Source: an uncultured Gammaproteobacteria bacterium (lineage in GTDB: Bacteria > Patescibacteriota > Microgenomatia > JALYQM01). From it: a DNA stretch of 64,000 nt. Position numbers and translations under genes: made by a program. Shown here in pieces: positions 20,163 through 29,868 of this stretch. Every line of letters begins with the position of its first letter. The stretch's first letter is position 1. The stretch spans positions 799,008 to 863,007 of the forward strand of contig CAYOFQ010000001.1 of NCBI GenBank assembly GCA_964403585.1, read 5' to 3'. Below the pieces are notes generated by a model that saw only the letters and a list, made by a program, of their open reading frames with translations, made no database searches and had not been told where the DNA came from.

Positions 20163-20662
20163 GGTAAAATTTAAATACATAGGCACACAAATAAAAAAAT
20201 GCGCTACTAAATAAATCCGTACAAAATAGCCGACCGGTCTAGTCGGACACACGGGCCCAAACCAGAAACGAGCGCCTGGTTATCGAATAGCCTACAAACC
20301 AATCTTAAAAGTAAGAGGGGCTATTCGATGAAACTTCCCAAAGAGGCAGTTGAGGAATTTCAACAAATTTATAATTCAAAATATCCAGATAAAATAAACT
20401 ACGAAGAAGCAGAAGTAAAAGCGTCTCAATTCCTGCGATTGCTCGCTCCGGAGCACGGCAGCGATAATAGCGATACGCAAAACGGGAATGCTACGGAGTG
20501 TGTGTCAAGGGCGAATGCCCTTGACACGAGTTCCCCCGTGTAATAAGACGGGAGGAAATGGAACATTTCCTCCTAATAGCACTTTACGGTTTCTTGGTTT
20601 TGGAAGCGTCGCGGGCAGTAGGGTGTTGTAACACCTTCTGAACCGCTAACCGGTTAGCATTT

Positions 20663-22047
20663 ATGAAAAAAGTATTTCAATATTGTCGAAAATCCACGGA
20701 ATCTGAAGACAGGCAAGTCATTTCTATTGACTCTCAAAAAGCCGAATTAAAAAAGTTTGCTGACTCTCACGGTTTAGAAATAGTTAAGATATTTACAGAA
20801 TCAAAATCTGCAAAAGAACCCGGCAGACCTATCTTCAACGAAATGATGGCAAGAGTTTATAAGGGCGAAGTTTCTGGAATATTATGTTGGAAATTAGATA
20901 GGCTTGCTCGAAATCCTGTTGATGGTGGCTCTGTAATCTGGTCTTTAAAAAGCAACGGAATAGAAATATTCACTCCTTCACAAACATATACTCAAGATAA
21001 TGATTCAGTCGTGATGATGTATTTAGAATTTGGAATGGCTCAGAAATATATAGATGATTTAAGTAAAAATGTTAAAAGAGGATTAAGAACTAAAGTTGAG
21101 TTAGGATGGTATCCATCACTTGCTCCACTTGGATATATAAATATAAAAACTCCAGAATATAAATTCCCAATAATCGCCAATGATACACTGCGCTTTGAAA
21201 AAGTAAAAAACCTATTCATACAAATACTAGAGGGATTACCACCAGCTTATGTATGGAGAAAAGCTACAGAAGAGAAACTCTTAAATACTAAACTGGCAAA
21301 CCTATACCATACTCATCATTCTATGCGCTTCTAAACAATCCTTTCTATTCAGGAACTTTCGAATATCCTAGAGATAGTAGCAATTTCTATATTGGTAAGC
21401 ATGAAGCAATGCTCTCGAAGTCTCAACATCAAAAAGTTCTCCACATCCTTCATAATAAATTTAAAAATCGAAGAAGAGTACATAATATTGATTTAACCAA
21501 CGTTTTTAAATGTGGCGAATGTGGTAATCAAATAACGGCCACCAAGAAATTAAAGTATTATCCGAGAACAAATAATTTTGCTGAATATATATACTATCAC
21601 TGTACTCAGATTAGTAAGAAAACAAAGTGTTCACAAAAGCCAATCGCCGAAAAAGATTTAGTAATTCAATTGAATGATCTCTTTGGCAAATTATACGCAC
21701 CGCAAGACTTCTACACCTGGGCTAAAAAGTGGATGAAAGTACTTCATGAAGAAGAGACTCATAAAATGTCCAATAACCAGAATATGCAAAGTAAGGAGCT
21801 CTCAGCATTACAAGATAAATTAGATACATTGATCGAATGGCGAATGAATGAAAAAATTGACGAAGAAACGTTTGAACGGAATGAAAAGAAACTTAAAAAA
21901 CAAATAATTCATCAAAAAGAATTATTAAACAACACTTATTACGATCGAGAATGCTGGCATGAGAAAGTAGAAAAATCTCTCAACCTAGCTCAGAGCATTT
22001 CGATGAAGTACAAACAAGCTGAACCAGAAGAAAACGTAGCATTCTAA
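20663..22047 (+). pseudogene. Large serine recombinase disrupted by a frameshift (two ORFs: 20663..21334 and 21409..22047)
   Basis: ORF1 has the catalytic YCRKSTESEDRQ resolvase domain. Reading frame +1 across 21301..21408 gives IPYSSFYALLNNPFYSGTFEYPRDSSNFYIGKHEAMLSK, the canonical recombinase-domain motif, continuing into ORF2 (zinc ribbon CGECGN...YHCTQ...C plus coiled coil). The frames switch between about 21290 and 21330. Confidence 0.75.
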
Positions 22048-22226
22048 ATATTATTGGATCGAACTTTATTTTAAAAGACAAAAAAGCTTATTTTAAGACT
22101 AATTTTTCTTATTCTATTTATGCGGACAGTGATAAATGGGTGAAAGAGAAAAATGACAGAATCGAACTAGCGGAACATACCAATATAATAACTAAAAACC
22201 CTGAATTACAACCTGACAATCTAGTT

Positions 22227-22300
22227 TGGTTGGGAAGCCTGGATTCGAACCAGAAATAAAGGCTTCAAAGGCCTCTGTGATACCGTTTCACCACTTCCCA
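22227..22300 (-). tRNA. tRNA-Gln (anticodon UUG)
   Basis: Manual fold of the reverse complement. Acceptor stem TGGGAAG/CTTCCCA with U1-A72, D-stem GTGA/TCAC, anticodon stem GAGGC/GCCTT with loop CTTTGAA, T-loop TTCGAAT, encoded CCA. Confidence 0.75.
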
Positions 22301-22425
22301 TCGTATTCGCTGGACACATAAAGGACAAAAGGGCATTGATATACCCTCATATCTTTGGTAGTATACATAAATAGTTATATTTAGACAATATTAGAAGGAT
22401 AAGCGGCTAAGACGGCCGTTTTTTA

Positions 22426-23868
22426 TTGCGTATGGATCACCATTCAATAGATTCATTAAAAAAGACTAAAATCGTCTCAACTTTGGGACCGTCAACCAAC
22501 TCAAAAGAAATGATACACCAGTTGGCTACTCATGGGATGAACGTTGCCCGTTTGAACTTTTCGCACGGCACCCATGACGAGCTCCAACATCGTCTGGATA
22601 TTGTTCGTACGGTGTCGAAAGAACTCAACAAACCTATCGCCGTAATGCAAGACCTCCAGGGCCCACGTATCCGTTTAGGTGCTTTGGCAGATGAACCTCA
22701 AATGCTCACCAAAGGACAGGAAGTAACGTTGTTTTTTGGCAAAGAACAGACAGACGACCGCATTCCGGTAGCCTTTGATATGTTCCCGTACTTGAAAGTA
22801 GGGGATAGAATTCTTATCAAAGACGGCTTAATTCGACTGTCAGTTGAAGAAACTCACAAAGATCACTGTCTATGTATTGTTCGTGTACCGGGTGATATAG
22901 GTTCCCGAAAAGGTATTAACTTACCGGATACCAAATTACCTAGCATTTCCTTCACTGAAAAAGATGCCGAAGATCTCGTATTTGGACTCAAAAATAAGGT
23001 TGACTACGTTGCCTTATCATTCGTCCAGGATGCCGAAGATATTCATAAACTCCGAACTGCGATCAATAAACATTATCATCACCCAAAAATCGTTGCTAAA
23101 ATCGAATGTCAGGAAGCCATACGCAACCTGAAGGCTATAGTTGAAGCAACCGACGTCGTCATGGTCGCCCGAGGTGACATGGCCACAGAAGTAGGACAAG
23201 AAGATGTACCAATCATTCAACGGGAACTTATTCACCTGTGTCGCGCGACTCATACACCGGTTATCGTTGCAACCCAGATGCTGGAATCAATGATTAAAAA
23301 CCCCGTACCAACGCGCGCAGAAGTAAATGACATCGCCTCTGCAGTAATGGATCACGCCGACGCATGTATGCTCTCCGGAGAAACCGCTAACGGTGATTAT
23401 CCCATTGAAGCAATCGCAACTATGGAACGAATCATTAAACGAGTAGAGCGTCACCATCGTGAAACGTTAACCGACTTCGCACTCACTACTCTTGAAGAGA
23501 GTGACGAACAGACCACTGCTATCGCCGCTGCGACAACCATATTAGCTCATCAGCTAAAGGCAGAAGTAATATTGGTGGCAACGTCAACCGGTAAAACAGC
23601 TCAGAGAATTGCTTCCTATCGCCCACCTGTTTCAGTAGCTGCTATCACCGATAACTTACTTACATACAATCAATTAGCTATGGTTTACGGAGTTACCTCG
23701 TTCTTTGTACCTAAACTATCTAAAAACGAAGAAGGATTAGAGAAGATTTTAGCTGAAATGCAAGAACTCGGTCATGTAAAACCCGGTGATAAAGTGGTCC
23801 ATGTTACCGGTGAAAAACCGGGTGAAATGGGCGGCACGAGTATGATCAAAGTGGAAATCGTCAAATAA
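22426..23868 (+). CDS. pyk: Pyruvate kinase
   Basis: KIVSTLGPST...NVARLNFSHG and the rest of the PK barrel. 480 aa. Confidence 0.9.
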   Translation: MRMDHHSIDSLKKTKIVSTLGPSTNSKEMIHQLATHGMNVARLNFSHGTHDELQHRLDIVRTVSKELNKPIAVMQDLQGPRIRLGALADEPQMLTKGQEVTLFFGKEQTDDRIPVAFDMFPYLKVGDRILIKDGLIRLSVEETHKDHCLCIVRVPGDIGSRKGINLPDTKLPSISFTEKDAEDLVFGLKNKVDYVALSFVQDAEDIHKLRTAINKHYHHPKIVAKIECQEAIRNLKAIVEATDVVMVARGDMATEVGQEDVPIIQRELIHLCRATHTPVIVATQMLESMIKNPVPTRAEVNDIASAVMDHADACMLSGETANGDYPIEAIATMERIIKRVERHHRETLTDFALTTLEESDEQTTAIAAATTILAHQLKAEVILVATSTGKTAQRIASYRPPVSVAAITDNLLTYNQLAMVYGVTSFFVPKLSKNEEGLEKILAEMQELGHVKPGDKVVHVTGEKPGEMGGTSMIKVEIVK

Positions 23869-23885
23869 TCCAACTAAATACGCAC

Positions 23886-23914
23886 AAAAAAGGAGCCGCT
23901 TAAGGCTCCTTTTT
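23886..23914. terminator. Bidirectional rho-independent terminator between pyk and galU
   Basis: aaaaAGGAGCCgcttaaGGCTCCTtttt: 7-bp GC-rich stem flanked by an A-tract and a T-tract. Confidence 0.6.
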
Positions 23915-23928
23915 CGTATGTAACGTGA

Positions 23929-24834
23929 TTAGAATGTACTGACAAGATCTTTAAGATACTGTTTAAATTCCGAACCAATATCTTCACGACCAATAGCAAC
24001 TTCAACTAACGTCATTAAATACTTTGATTTGGTACCGGTATCCATGAATTTCAAATCTTTCATCTCAACACCATAAACAGCTTTACCCTGTTCGATAAGG
24101 ATATTAACCCCATCAACGTATACAACTTCGCGTGTTTCACCGGCTTCTTTAAGGCGAGCTGTTGATTCCTCAATAGCTCCGAAGATTTCGGGGGTATATA
24201 CCTGTCCACCCGGTGCAGCGTACGGGCTCGGCATGTGGTCCGGCTCGGGCTTCTCAACAAAACCACTTAATTTCAAAACTCCGGGTTCAATCTCATTACC
24301 GGCCATAACACCATATTTCTTTGAATCTTCAGGATCAATTCGCATTGCACCGATAATAGTACTATTATAGGATTCGTAGGCTTTAACCAGCTGTTGACAA
24401 CGGGTTGGTGTACCTTCAGCAGTCGGAATCATAAAATCATCGGCCCAGAGCACAATGAACGGCTCATCCCCAATTGCTTCTTTAGCATTCAAAATTGGAG
24501 TAGCATTACCGAGCGGACCTTTTTGACGAATGTATATGAAATTAGCCATTTCAGCTACTTTTTTTACCTGCTCAGCTTCTTTACCTTTACCGGCGGCTTC
24601 AAGACGATAAAGAAGCTCAAACGGGTAATCGAAGTGATCCTCAATTGTGCGTTTATGCCAACCGGTTACAATAATAATATCTTCGATTCCGGCGGAAATG
24701 GCATCCTCGACAACATATTGGATCGTTGGCTTATCTACAATAGGGAGCATTTCTTTAGGCATCGCCTTGGTGGCTGGCAAGAAACGGGTACCGTATCCTG
24801 CTGCCGGAATAACAGCTTTGCGGATCTTTTTCAT
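23929..24834 (-). CDS. galU: UTP--glucose-1-phosphate uridylyltransferase
   Basis: AVIPAAGYGTRFLPATKAMPKEMLPIVDKP signature. Confidence 0.85.
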   Translation of the reverse strand: MKKIRKAVIPAAGYGTRFLPATKAMPKEMLPIVDKPTIQYVVEDAISAGIEDIIIVTGWHKRTIEDHFDYPFELLYRLEAAGKGKEAEQVKKVAEMANFIYIRQKGPLGNATPILNAKEAIGDEPFIVLWADDFMIPTAEGTPTRCQQLVKAYESYNSTIIGAMRIDPEDSKKYGVMAGNEIEPGVLKLSGFVEKPEPDHMPSPYAAPGGQVYTPEIFGAIEESTARLKEAGETREVVYVDGVNILIEQGKAVYGVEMKDLKFMDTGTKSKYLMTLVEVAIGREDIGSEFKQYLKDLVSTF

Positions 24835-24962
24835 ACGAATAGGTCTTTCTCAAAGGTAATACTAATAATAAAGCTATAGGATTATAGCATTTCACGTCCA
24901 AAAACGCAAATTACCACCTACACTAATAGGATAATAGCTCCCGTTGAGTTTATGCAAGAGAG

Positions 24963-25205
24963 ATGATATACTCCCGTTTACGTATGTCATCCGAAACACA
25001 AACTGTGGCAAAAAAAGCCTCGATACTTGATTTTTTTCGAACCACTGTGTTAGAATTAAAAAAAGTAGACTGGCCGAGCAGAGAAAAAACGATCAGATTA
25101 ACCCTCATTGTTATAGGTGTTAGCCTCATAATTGGAGTATTCATTGGCGGCTTAGATATCCTACTAACACAAGCAGTTCAGCAATTATTGTCGTTAAAAA
25201 AATAA
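24963..25205 (+). CDS. secE: Preprotein translocase subunit SecE
   Basis: Small protein with a C-terminal TM helix, immediately upstream of nusG (conserved synteny). Confidence 0.65.
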   Translation: MIYSRLRMSSETQTVAKKASILDFFRTTVLELKKVDWPSREKTIRLTLIVIGVSLIIGVFIGGLDILLTQAVQQLLSLKK

Positions 25206-25217
25206 ATAGGAAGTAAG

Positions 25218-25808
25218 ATGGACACTTCTGTGAGCTCAAATAATGTAGTCGAAGAGAAGCAGGAACCGGTAGTGCACGATAACCCCAACGCAAGATGGTA
25301 TGTCGTTCACACCTACTCCGGCCACGAAAACAAGGTTGAAGCAACGCTCAAACAGCGTATCGCAATGAACCATTTACAGGATAAAATAGTGGACATCAAA
25401 GTTCCTACCCATGATCAGGTTCAAATCAAAGAAGGAAAAAAGTCTACCGTTAAGGAAAAAATCTTTCCAGGGTACATTCTCGTTAAAATGGAGCTTAATG
25501 ACGATACCTGGTCTTTAGTGCGTACGACCCAGGGTGTAACATCCTTCGTCGGAATGGGTAACAAACCAACCCCACTTCCGGAGAAAGAAGTCCAGACCAT
25601 CATGAAATTCATGGAAGTTGCTTCACCTCGATATAAAGTTCGCTTTGAAAACGGTGAAGCAGTTAAAATCATTGACGGACCATTCGCAGATTTCGTTGGA
25701 ACCGTTTCTGAAATTAATGATGAAAAAGGCAAAGTTACTGTATTAGTTTCAATTTTCGGCCGTGAAACACCGGTTGAGTTGGATTTCTTACAAATATCTA
25801 AGTTATAA
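25218..25808 (+). CDS. nusG: Transcription antiterminator NusG (with about 20-aa N-terminal extension)
   Basis: [18 protein letters not shown] domain and C-terminal [23 protein letters not shown] aggaag upstream. Confidence 0.9.
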   Translation: MDTSVSSNNVVEEKQEPVVHDNPNARWYVVHTYSGHENKVEATLKQRIAMNHLQDKIVDIKVPTHDQVQIKEGKKSTVKEKIFPGYILVKMELNDDTWSLVRTTQGVTSFVGMGNKPTPLPEKEVQTIMKFMEVASPRYKVRFENGEAVKIIDGPFADFVGTVSEINDEKGKVTVLVSIFGRETPVELDFLQISKL

Positions 25809-25814
25809 AGGTAT

Positions 25815-26069
25815 ATGGCATCACTTGCAGAAGTAATCCGAGCTTATTATAAAGCTGAAAAGGAACTTCAAATCGCAGTAGAATATCATGGGTCTACCGA
25901 TGCGCGCAGGATTTGGCCTGAGCTTGGATGGAAAGTTGCACTGACATTTAGTGAAGCAGTACGACATCCGGAATTAGAAGAAGGAATGATGGAAGAAGCG
26001 TATCGAAGAGTCAGAGAAGAAGTAGGACTGCCGATTGGTGTAACGATTGAAAAAGTTAATAAAGTATAA
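25815..26069 (+). CDS. Hypothetical 84-aa protein inserted between nusG and rplK
   Basis: ORF tightly packed in the operon (6 nt after the nusG stop). No known motif. Confidence 0.4.
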   Translation: MASLAEVIRAYYKAEKELQIAVEYHGSTDARRIWPELGWKVALTFSEAVRHPELEEGMMEEAYRRVREEVGLPIGVTIEKVNKV

Positions 26070-26122
26070 TTTATTTAAGAGGATTCTAGTCGCCCGTCAG
26101 ACAGGCATCTAGTCTTAAATCT

Positions 26123-26548
26123 ATGGCTGCAAAAAAAGTAAAAGCCATTTTAAAACTTAATATTCCCGCAGGTGAGGCAACACCCGCACCTCCACTCGGT
26201 CCGGCACTTGGTCAGCAGGGTGTGCCAATCATGGACTTCGTGAAGCAGTACAATGCTGCAACGGCTAATCAGAAGGGCACCATTGTACCGGCTGTTATTA
26301 CCGTTTACGAAGACCGTTCCTTTACCTTCGTTACCAAAGTAGCCCCGATGTCCGACTTGATCAAAAAGAAGTTGGGCGTTGCCAAAGGCTCAGGTAAAGC
26401 AGGACGAGAATCGGCCGGGACATTAACCCAGGACCAAATCCGTGAAATAGCTCAAACCAAACTTCCTGATTTGAATACCAAAAGTATCGAACAGGCAATG
26501 AAAATGGTTGAGGGAACTGCCCGTTCAATGGGAATCAAAATTCAGTAA
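26123..26548 (+). CDS. rplK: 50S ribosomal protein L11
   Basis: [34 protein letters not shown] canonical L11. Confidence 0.95.
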   Translation: MAAKKVKAILKLNIPAGEATPAPPLGPALGQQGVPIMDFVKQYNAATANQKGTIVPAVITVYEDRSFTFVTKVAPMSDLIKKKLGVAKGSGKAGRESAGTLTQDQIREIAQTKLPDLNTKSIEQAMKMVEGTARSMGIKIQ

Positions 26549-26601
26549 TTTATTAGTAACTGTGGGAGCTTCAAAAGCGCATGTACCACAAGGAGTAACA
26601 T

Positions 26602-27474
26602 ATGGCACGGCCAAAAAAAGAAGATTCTGCTAAGCAGAAACGATTAAAAGAATTATCAGCTCGCATTGGCGAACCTGAGAACATATTTGATACCGAAGCC
26701 GAACAGGCTAAAGTAGCTGAAACCAAAAAAGAAGAATCCAAGATTGAAGCACCAGTTGAAGAAGGAGCTGAGGCTGCCGCCGAAGCACCTGCAGAAGAAA
26801 AAGTAAAGAAAGACCCAAAAGTACGGGGCAAAAAACACGTCAATGCATCTTCATTAGTTGCCAAGAACACCAAATATCCGCTCGATGAGGCCATCGAACT
26901 TATTAAAAAAGCATCATACTCAAGTTTTCCCGGTACACTCGAAGTACACTTAACACTCGCAGATAAAGAACTCCGCGGTACATTGTCCCTGCCAAACGGA
27001 ACAGGCAAAAATGTTAAAGTATTTGCCTTCGTTTCCGAAGGTAAAGTAAAAGAAGCTACCGATGCCGGCGCCGACCAGGCAGGAGCACAGGATCTCGTTG
27101 CGCAGATTAAAGAAGGTAAATTTGTACCTGGCAAAGACTTTAACGCAGTGGTAGCCGAACCTGCAATGATGCCGGTTATCGCTCCATTAGCAAAAGTACT
27201 CGGTCCAAAGGGATTAATGCCTAATCCAAAAACCAACACCGTTGGTGCAAATGTTGCCGGCATGGTAACTAATCTCAAAAAAGGTCAGGTAAACTATAAA
27301 GCCGAAACACCCAATCCATACTTAGTTCATTTACCAATTGGGAAAGTTTCATTCAGCGTTGAACAGATCACCGAAAACTTTCAGACAATTGTCCAGAATT
27401 TTGGTGCGAATAAAATCAAACGTGCCTATCTCTCAGCCACTATGGCACCAAGCGTAGAAATAAAGTTGGGATAA
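26602..27474 (+). CDS. rplA: 50S ribosomal protein L1 with about 60-70-aa K/E/A-rich N-terminal extension
   Basis: L1 core from about residue 70 (GKKHVNASSL...TLEVHLTL...), preceded by a low-complexity charged extension. Confidence 0.9.
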   Translation: MARPKKEDSAKQKRLKELSARIGEPENIFDTEAEQAKVAETKKEESKIEAPVEEGAEAAAEAPAEEKVKKDPKVRGKKHVNASSLVAKNTKYPLDEAIELIKKASYSSFPGTLEVHLTLADKELRGTLSLPNGTGKNVKVFAFVSEGKVKEATDAGADQAGAQDLVAQIKEGKFVPGKDFNAVVAEPAMMPVIAPLAKVLGPKGLMPNPKTNTVGANVAGMVTNLKKGQVNYKAETPNPYLVHLPIGKVSFSVEQITENFQTIVQNFGANKIKRAYLSATMAPSVEIKLG

Positions 27475-27495
27475 AATATCCTACAACTACGAAAA

Positions 27496-27521
27496 AGACC
27501 CCAATAATGGGGTCTTTTTTT
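27496..27521. terminator. Rho-independent terminator after rplA (bidirectional with the convergent gene)
   Basis: AGACCCCAataaTGGGGTCT followed by a T-run. Confidence 0.6.
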
Positions 27522-27533
27522 GTATCCAATGAT

Positions 27534-28322
27534 TTATTTTACCAGTAACAAAGCTGGAGAGGTTTCACTTGACGCTTCGCGAGAAGAATAGTTAACACCA
27601 TCGCTACCGTCAGTTGAGACTTTAAAGGTATAGGTTTTCCCACTCTGAATATAGTTGGTAACTTCAACAAATTTTGCGACCCGTGAAGATACCGAACCAA
27701 GCGGACCAATACGAACTTCACCATTTGAAGGGCGGGCATCGAATGTCAGTAATCGCTCTGACCATAAATTATCGCTCATTACCGAAAGTGCACCGCCATT
27801 CTCATTTGAATCCTGAGGGTAAAGCCGCAAAATTACTTTGGTAAACTTCTCATTAGCCGGTACTTTAAACTTAAGGTACGCAAACCGCTGAGGATTTTTA
27901 TCTACTTTCAGAAACGCTTCCGATCCAAAACTTTTCTGAGGTGAGTCGGCACTAACGTAGCCGTCTTCGGAAGGAATTACCGGAACGGAATCACGATATA
28001 CTTCGGCAGGATTCTCGGCAGCACTGCTGGTATCGGCTGAGAAAATATCCGCAGCCGGACGCTGTTCTGTCTTAATTATACGCATGTCGGCCAGTTGCGA
28101 ACCGTCTCTGTTAATAAATCCCGAAAAATCAGGCAGATACCCGCTAAAAACACCCACTACCAAAACCGATGCAAATAACCCTAATCCCACAATCGGATCA
28201 AACAAAAAGTTACGGTTTTGCTGGAATTCGCGCTCTTTTTTGTAATTCATGATCTGTTCAAAAACAGATGAATAAAAATTCTGACGTGGATTCATAGGGC
28301 AGTTAATCCTTTTCTTATTCAT
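27534..28322 (-). CDS. Membrane-anchored hypothetical protein with C-terminal beta-sandwich (carbohydrate-binding/DNRLRE-like?)
   Basis: One TM helix (FLFDPIVGLGLFASVLVVGVF), then a secreted domain YLKFKVP...LRLYPQDSNENGG... Confidence 0.4.
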   Translation of the reverse strand: MNKKRINCPMNPRQNFYSSVFEQIMNYKKEREFQQNRNFLFDPIVGLGLFASVLVVGVFSGYLPDFSGFINRDGSQLADMRIIKTEQRPAADIFSADTSSAAENPAEVYRDSVPVIPSEDGYVSADSPQKSFGSEAFLKVDKNPQRFAYLKFKVPANEKFTKVILRLYPQDSNENGGALSVMSDNLWSERLLTFDARPSNGEVRIGPLGSVSSRVAKFVEVTNYIQSGKTYTFKVSTDGSDGVNYSSREASSETSPALLLVK

Positions 28323-28346
28323 TACAGCACGATATTGCTGCTATTG

Positions 28347-29774
28347 TCAACGGCTTTTTTTAACTTTTTGACCACCCGGTGTATCCTCTATTACATAACC
28401 ATGTGTTTGTGCTGTCTGCCGTATCATATCCGACAACTCCCAATCTCTCGCTTTCCGGGCATTCGCACGCTCCTCTAAAATATCTTTTACCGGTTTTCCA
28501 TCTATCTGCAGGGTAGAAAGTACTTCTTCGGAAAGGAAAAGACTCTGCCGAAGAGTATCACTGAATCCGAGACCAAGCACACGATCAAAAGCAAGTAAAT
28601 GAGCTCGTTTTTGATCGTCGGATAAACCGGAGGAAAGCATTTCATGGAGGACACTCAGCGCGCGGGGAGTATCCAGATCCGTATTGATTGCATCAATAAA
28701 TCGGGTATAAAATTCCGAACTTTTATCACGCAACTCGACAGTTTCAGAATGATCATAGAGCCACCTTCGAATCCCGGCCAGCGTTCCTTCAGCAGCGCGT
28801 AACGACTCAACCGAAAACTCCAGCTCGGACCGGTAGTTGGCAGTTAGAACAAAGTACCGGAAGACCATCGGTTCAAATCCTTGTTCGATTACCTTTTGGA
28901 GGGTGTAAAAGTTATCTCCGGATTTCGCCATTTTAGCACCACCCACAATTGTCAGAAAATTGTTATGCATCCAGTAACGGGAAAAAGGTTTCCCGGTAGC
29001 GCCTTCCGATTGGGCGATTTCATTGGTATGGTGAACGGGGATATGATCGATACCACCGCAGTGAATATCAATTGTTTCGCCGAGCAACTTAATAGCCATT
29101 GCCGAGCACTCCACATGCCAACCGGGAAATCCCTTACCCCACGGTGAGTCCCATTCCATTTGTCGGTGCTCATCAGGTTTAGAAAATTTCCACAAATAAA
29201 AATCGGTCGGATTTTTCTTTTCAGTATCGGCTTCGACACGAGCACCTTCCTTTAACTCATGCATTTTCATTCGTGAAAGCTTGGCATAATTGGAAAATTT
29301 GGCGCTGTCATAGGCAATACCGTTTGAAGTCCGGTAGGTATATCCTTTTTCTTCAAGTTTTTCTATCAATTCAATTTGCTCCTGAATATATTCGGTAGCT
29401 TTTGGCTCAATTGTGGGAGGAATTATCCCTAACGCACGTACATCCGCGTGGTACGCATCCGTATAAAATTTGGCAACATCCCACACGCTTTTACCTTCGC
29501 GCCGGGCTCCTTTTTCCATCTTATCTTCACCACTGTCATCACTATCGTGTTCGGCAACCAAATGACCGACATCGGTAATATTCATAACGTGCTTAACTGC
29601 GTAACCGTTTTCCTGCAATATCCGCTTTAAGGTGTCGTAGAATACAAATGCCCTGAGGTTGCCAATATGCGCATAGTGATAAACCGTCGGACCACAGGTA
29701 TAGAGGGTGACTTCTTTTTCGTTTAACGGTACAAATTCTTCTAACTGTCGACTTAAAGTATTATAGATTATCAT
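28347..29774 (-). CDS. cysS: Cysteinyl-tRNA synthetase
   Basis: HIGH motif YHYAHIGNLR and KMAKSGDN (KMSKS). The track ORF starts at 29837, but alignment to CysRS N-termini (MIIYNTLSRQLEEF) supports the ATG at 29774. Confidence 0.9.
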   Translation of the reverse strand: MIIYNTLSRQLEEFVPLNEKEVTLYTCGPTVYHYAHIGNLRAFVFYDTLKRILQENGYAVKHVMNITDVGHLVAEHDSDDSGEDKMEKGARREGKSVWDVAKFYTDAYHADVRALGIIPPTIEPKATEYIQEQIELIEKLEEKGYTYRTSNGIAYDSAKFSNYAKLSRMKMHELKEGARVEADTEKKNPTDFYLWKFSKPDEHRQMEWDSPWGKGFPGWHVECSAMAIKLLGETIDIHCGGIDHIPVHHTNEIAQSEGATGKPFSRYWMHNNFLTIVGGAKMAKSGDNFYTLQKVIEQGFEPMVFRYFVLTANYRSELEFSVESLRAAEGTLAGIRRWLYDHSETVELRDKSSEFYTRFIDAINTDLDTPRALSVLHEMLSSGLSDDQKRAHLLAFDRVLGLGFSDTLRQSLFLSEEVLSTLQIDGKPVKDILEERANARKARDWELSDMIRQTAQTHGYVIEDTPGGQKVKKSR

Positions 29775-29868
29775 AGCTGTAGTGTAATAAATTGATCTAA
29801 AAAATAAAGAAGAGGACTGAAGAATTAACAACAGCAATGAGTAGCATTAGTCATACGCAGATTATAAC

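Noticed and set aside
20328-20543. 71-aa ORF from the track
   Set aside because: Its C-terminal half is encoded by two perfect 10-bp-stem palindromes and a GC spike. More likely noncoding structured DNA/RNA, or at most a much shorter peptide.
22227-22300. Alternative fold giving anticodon UGA (tRNA-Ser/Sec)
   Set aside because: That register does not form a paired anticodon stem, and there is no long variable arm. The GAGGC/GCCTT register gives a canonical C32-U33-UUG-A37 loop with U1-A72, typical of bacterial tRNA-Gln.
26571-27278. 235-aa ORF antisense to rplA
   Set aside because: Low-complexity Ala/Ser-rich translation entirely inside a confidently identified ribosomal protein gene. Classic antisense artefact.
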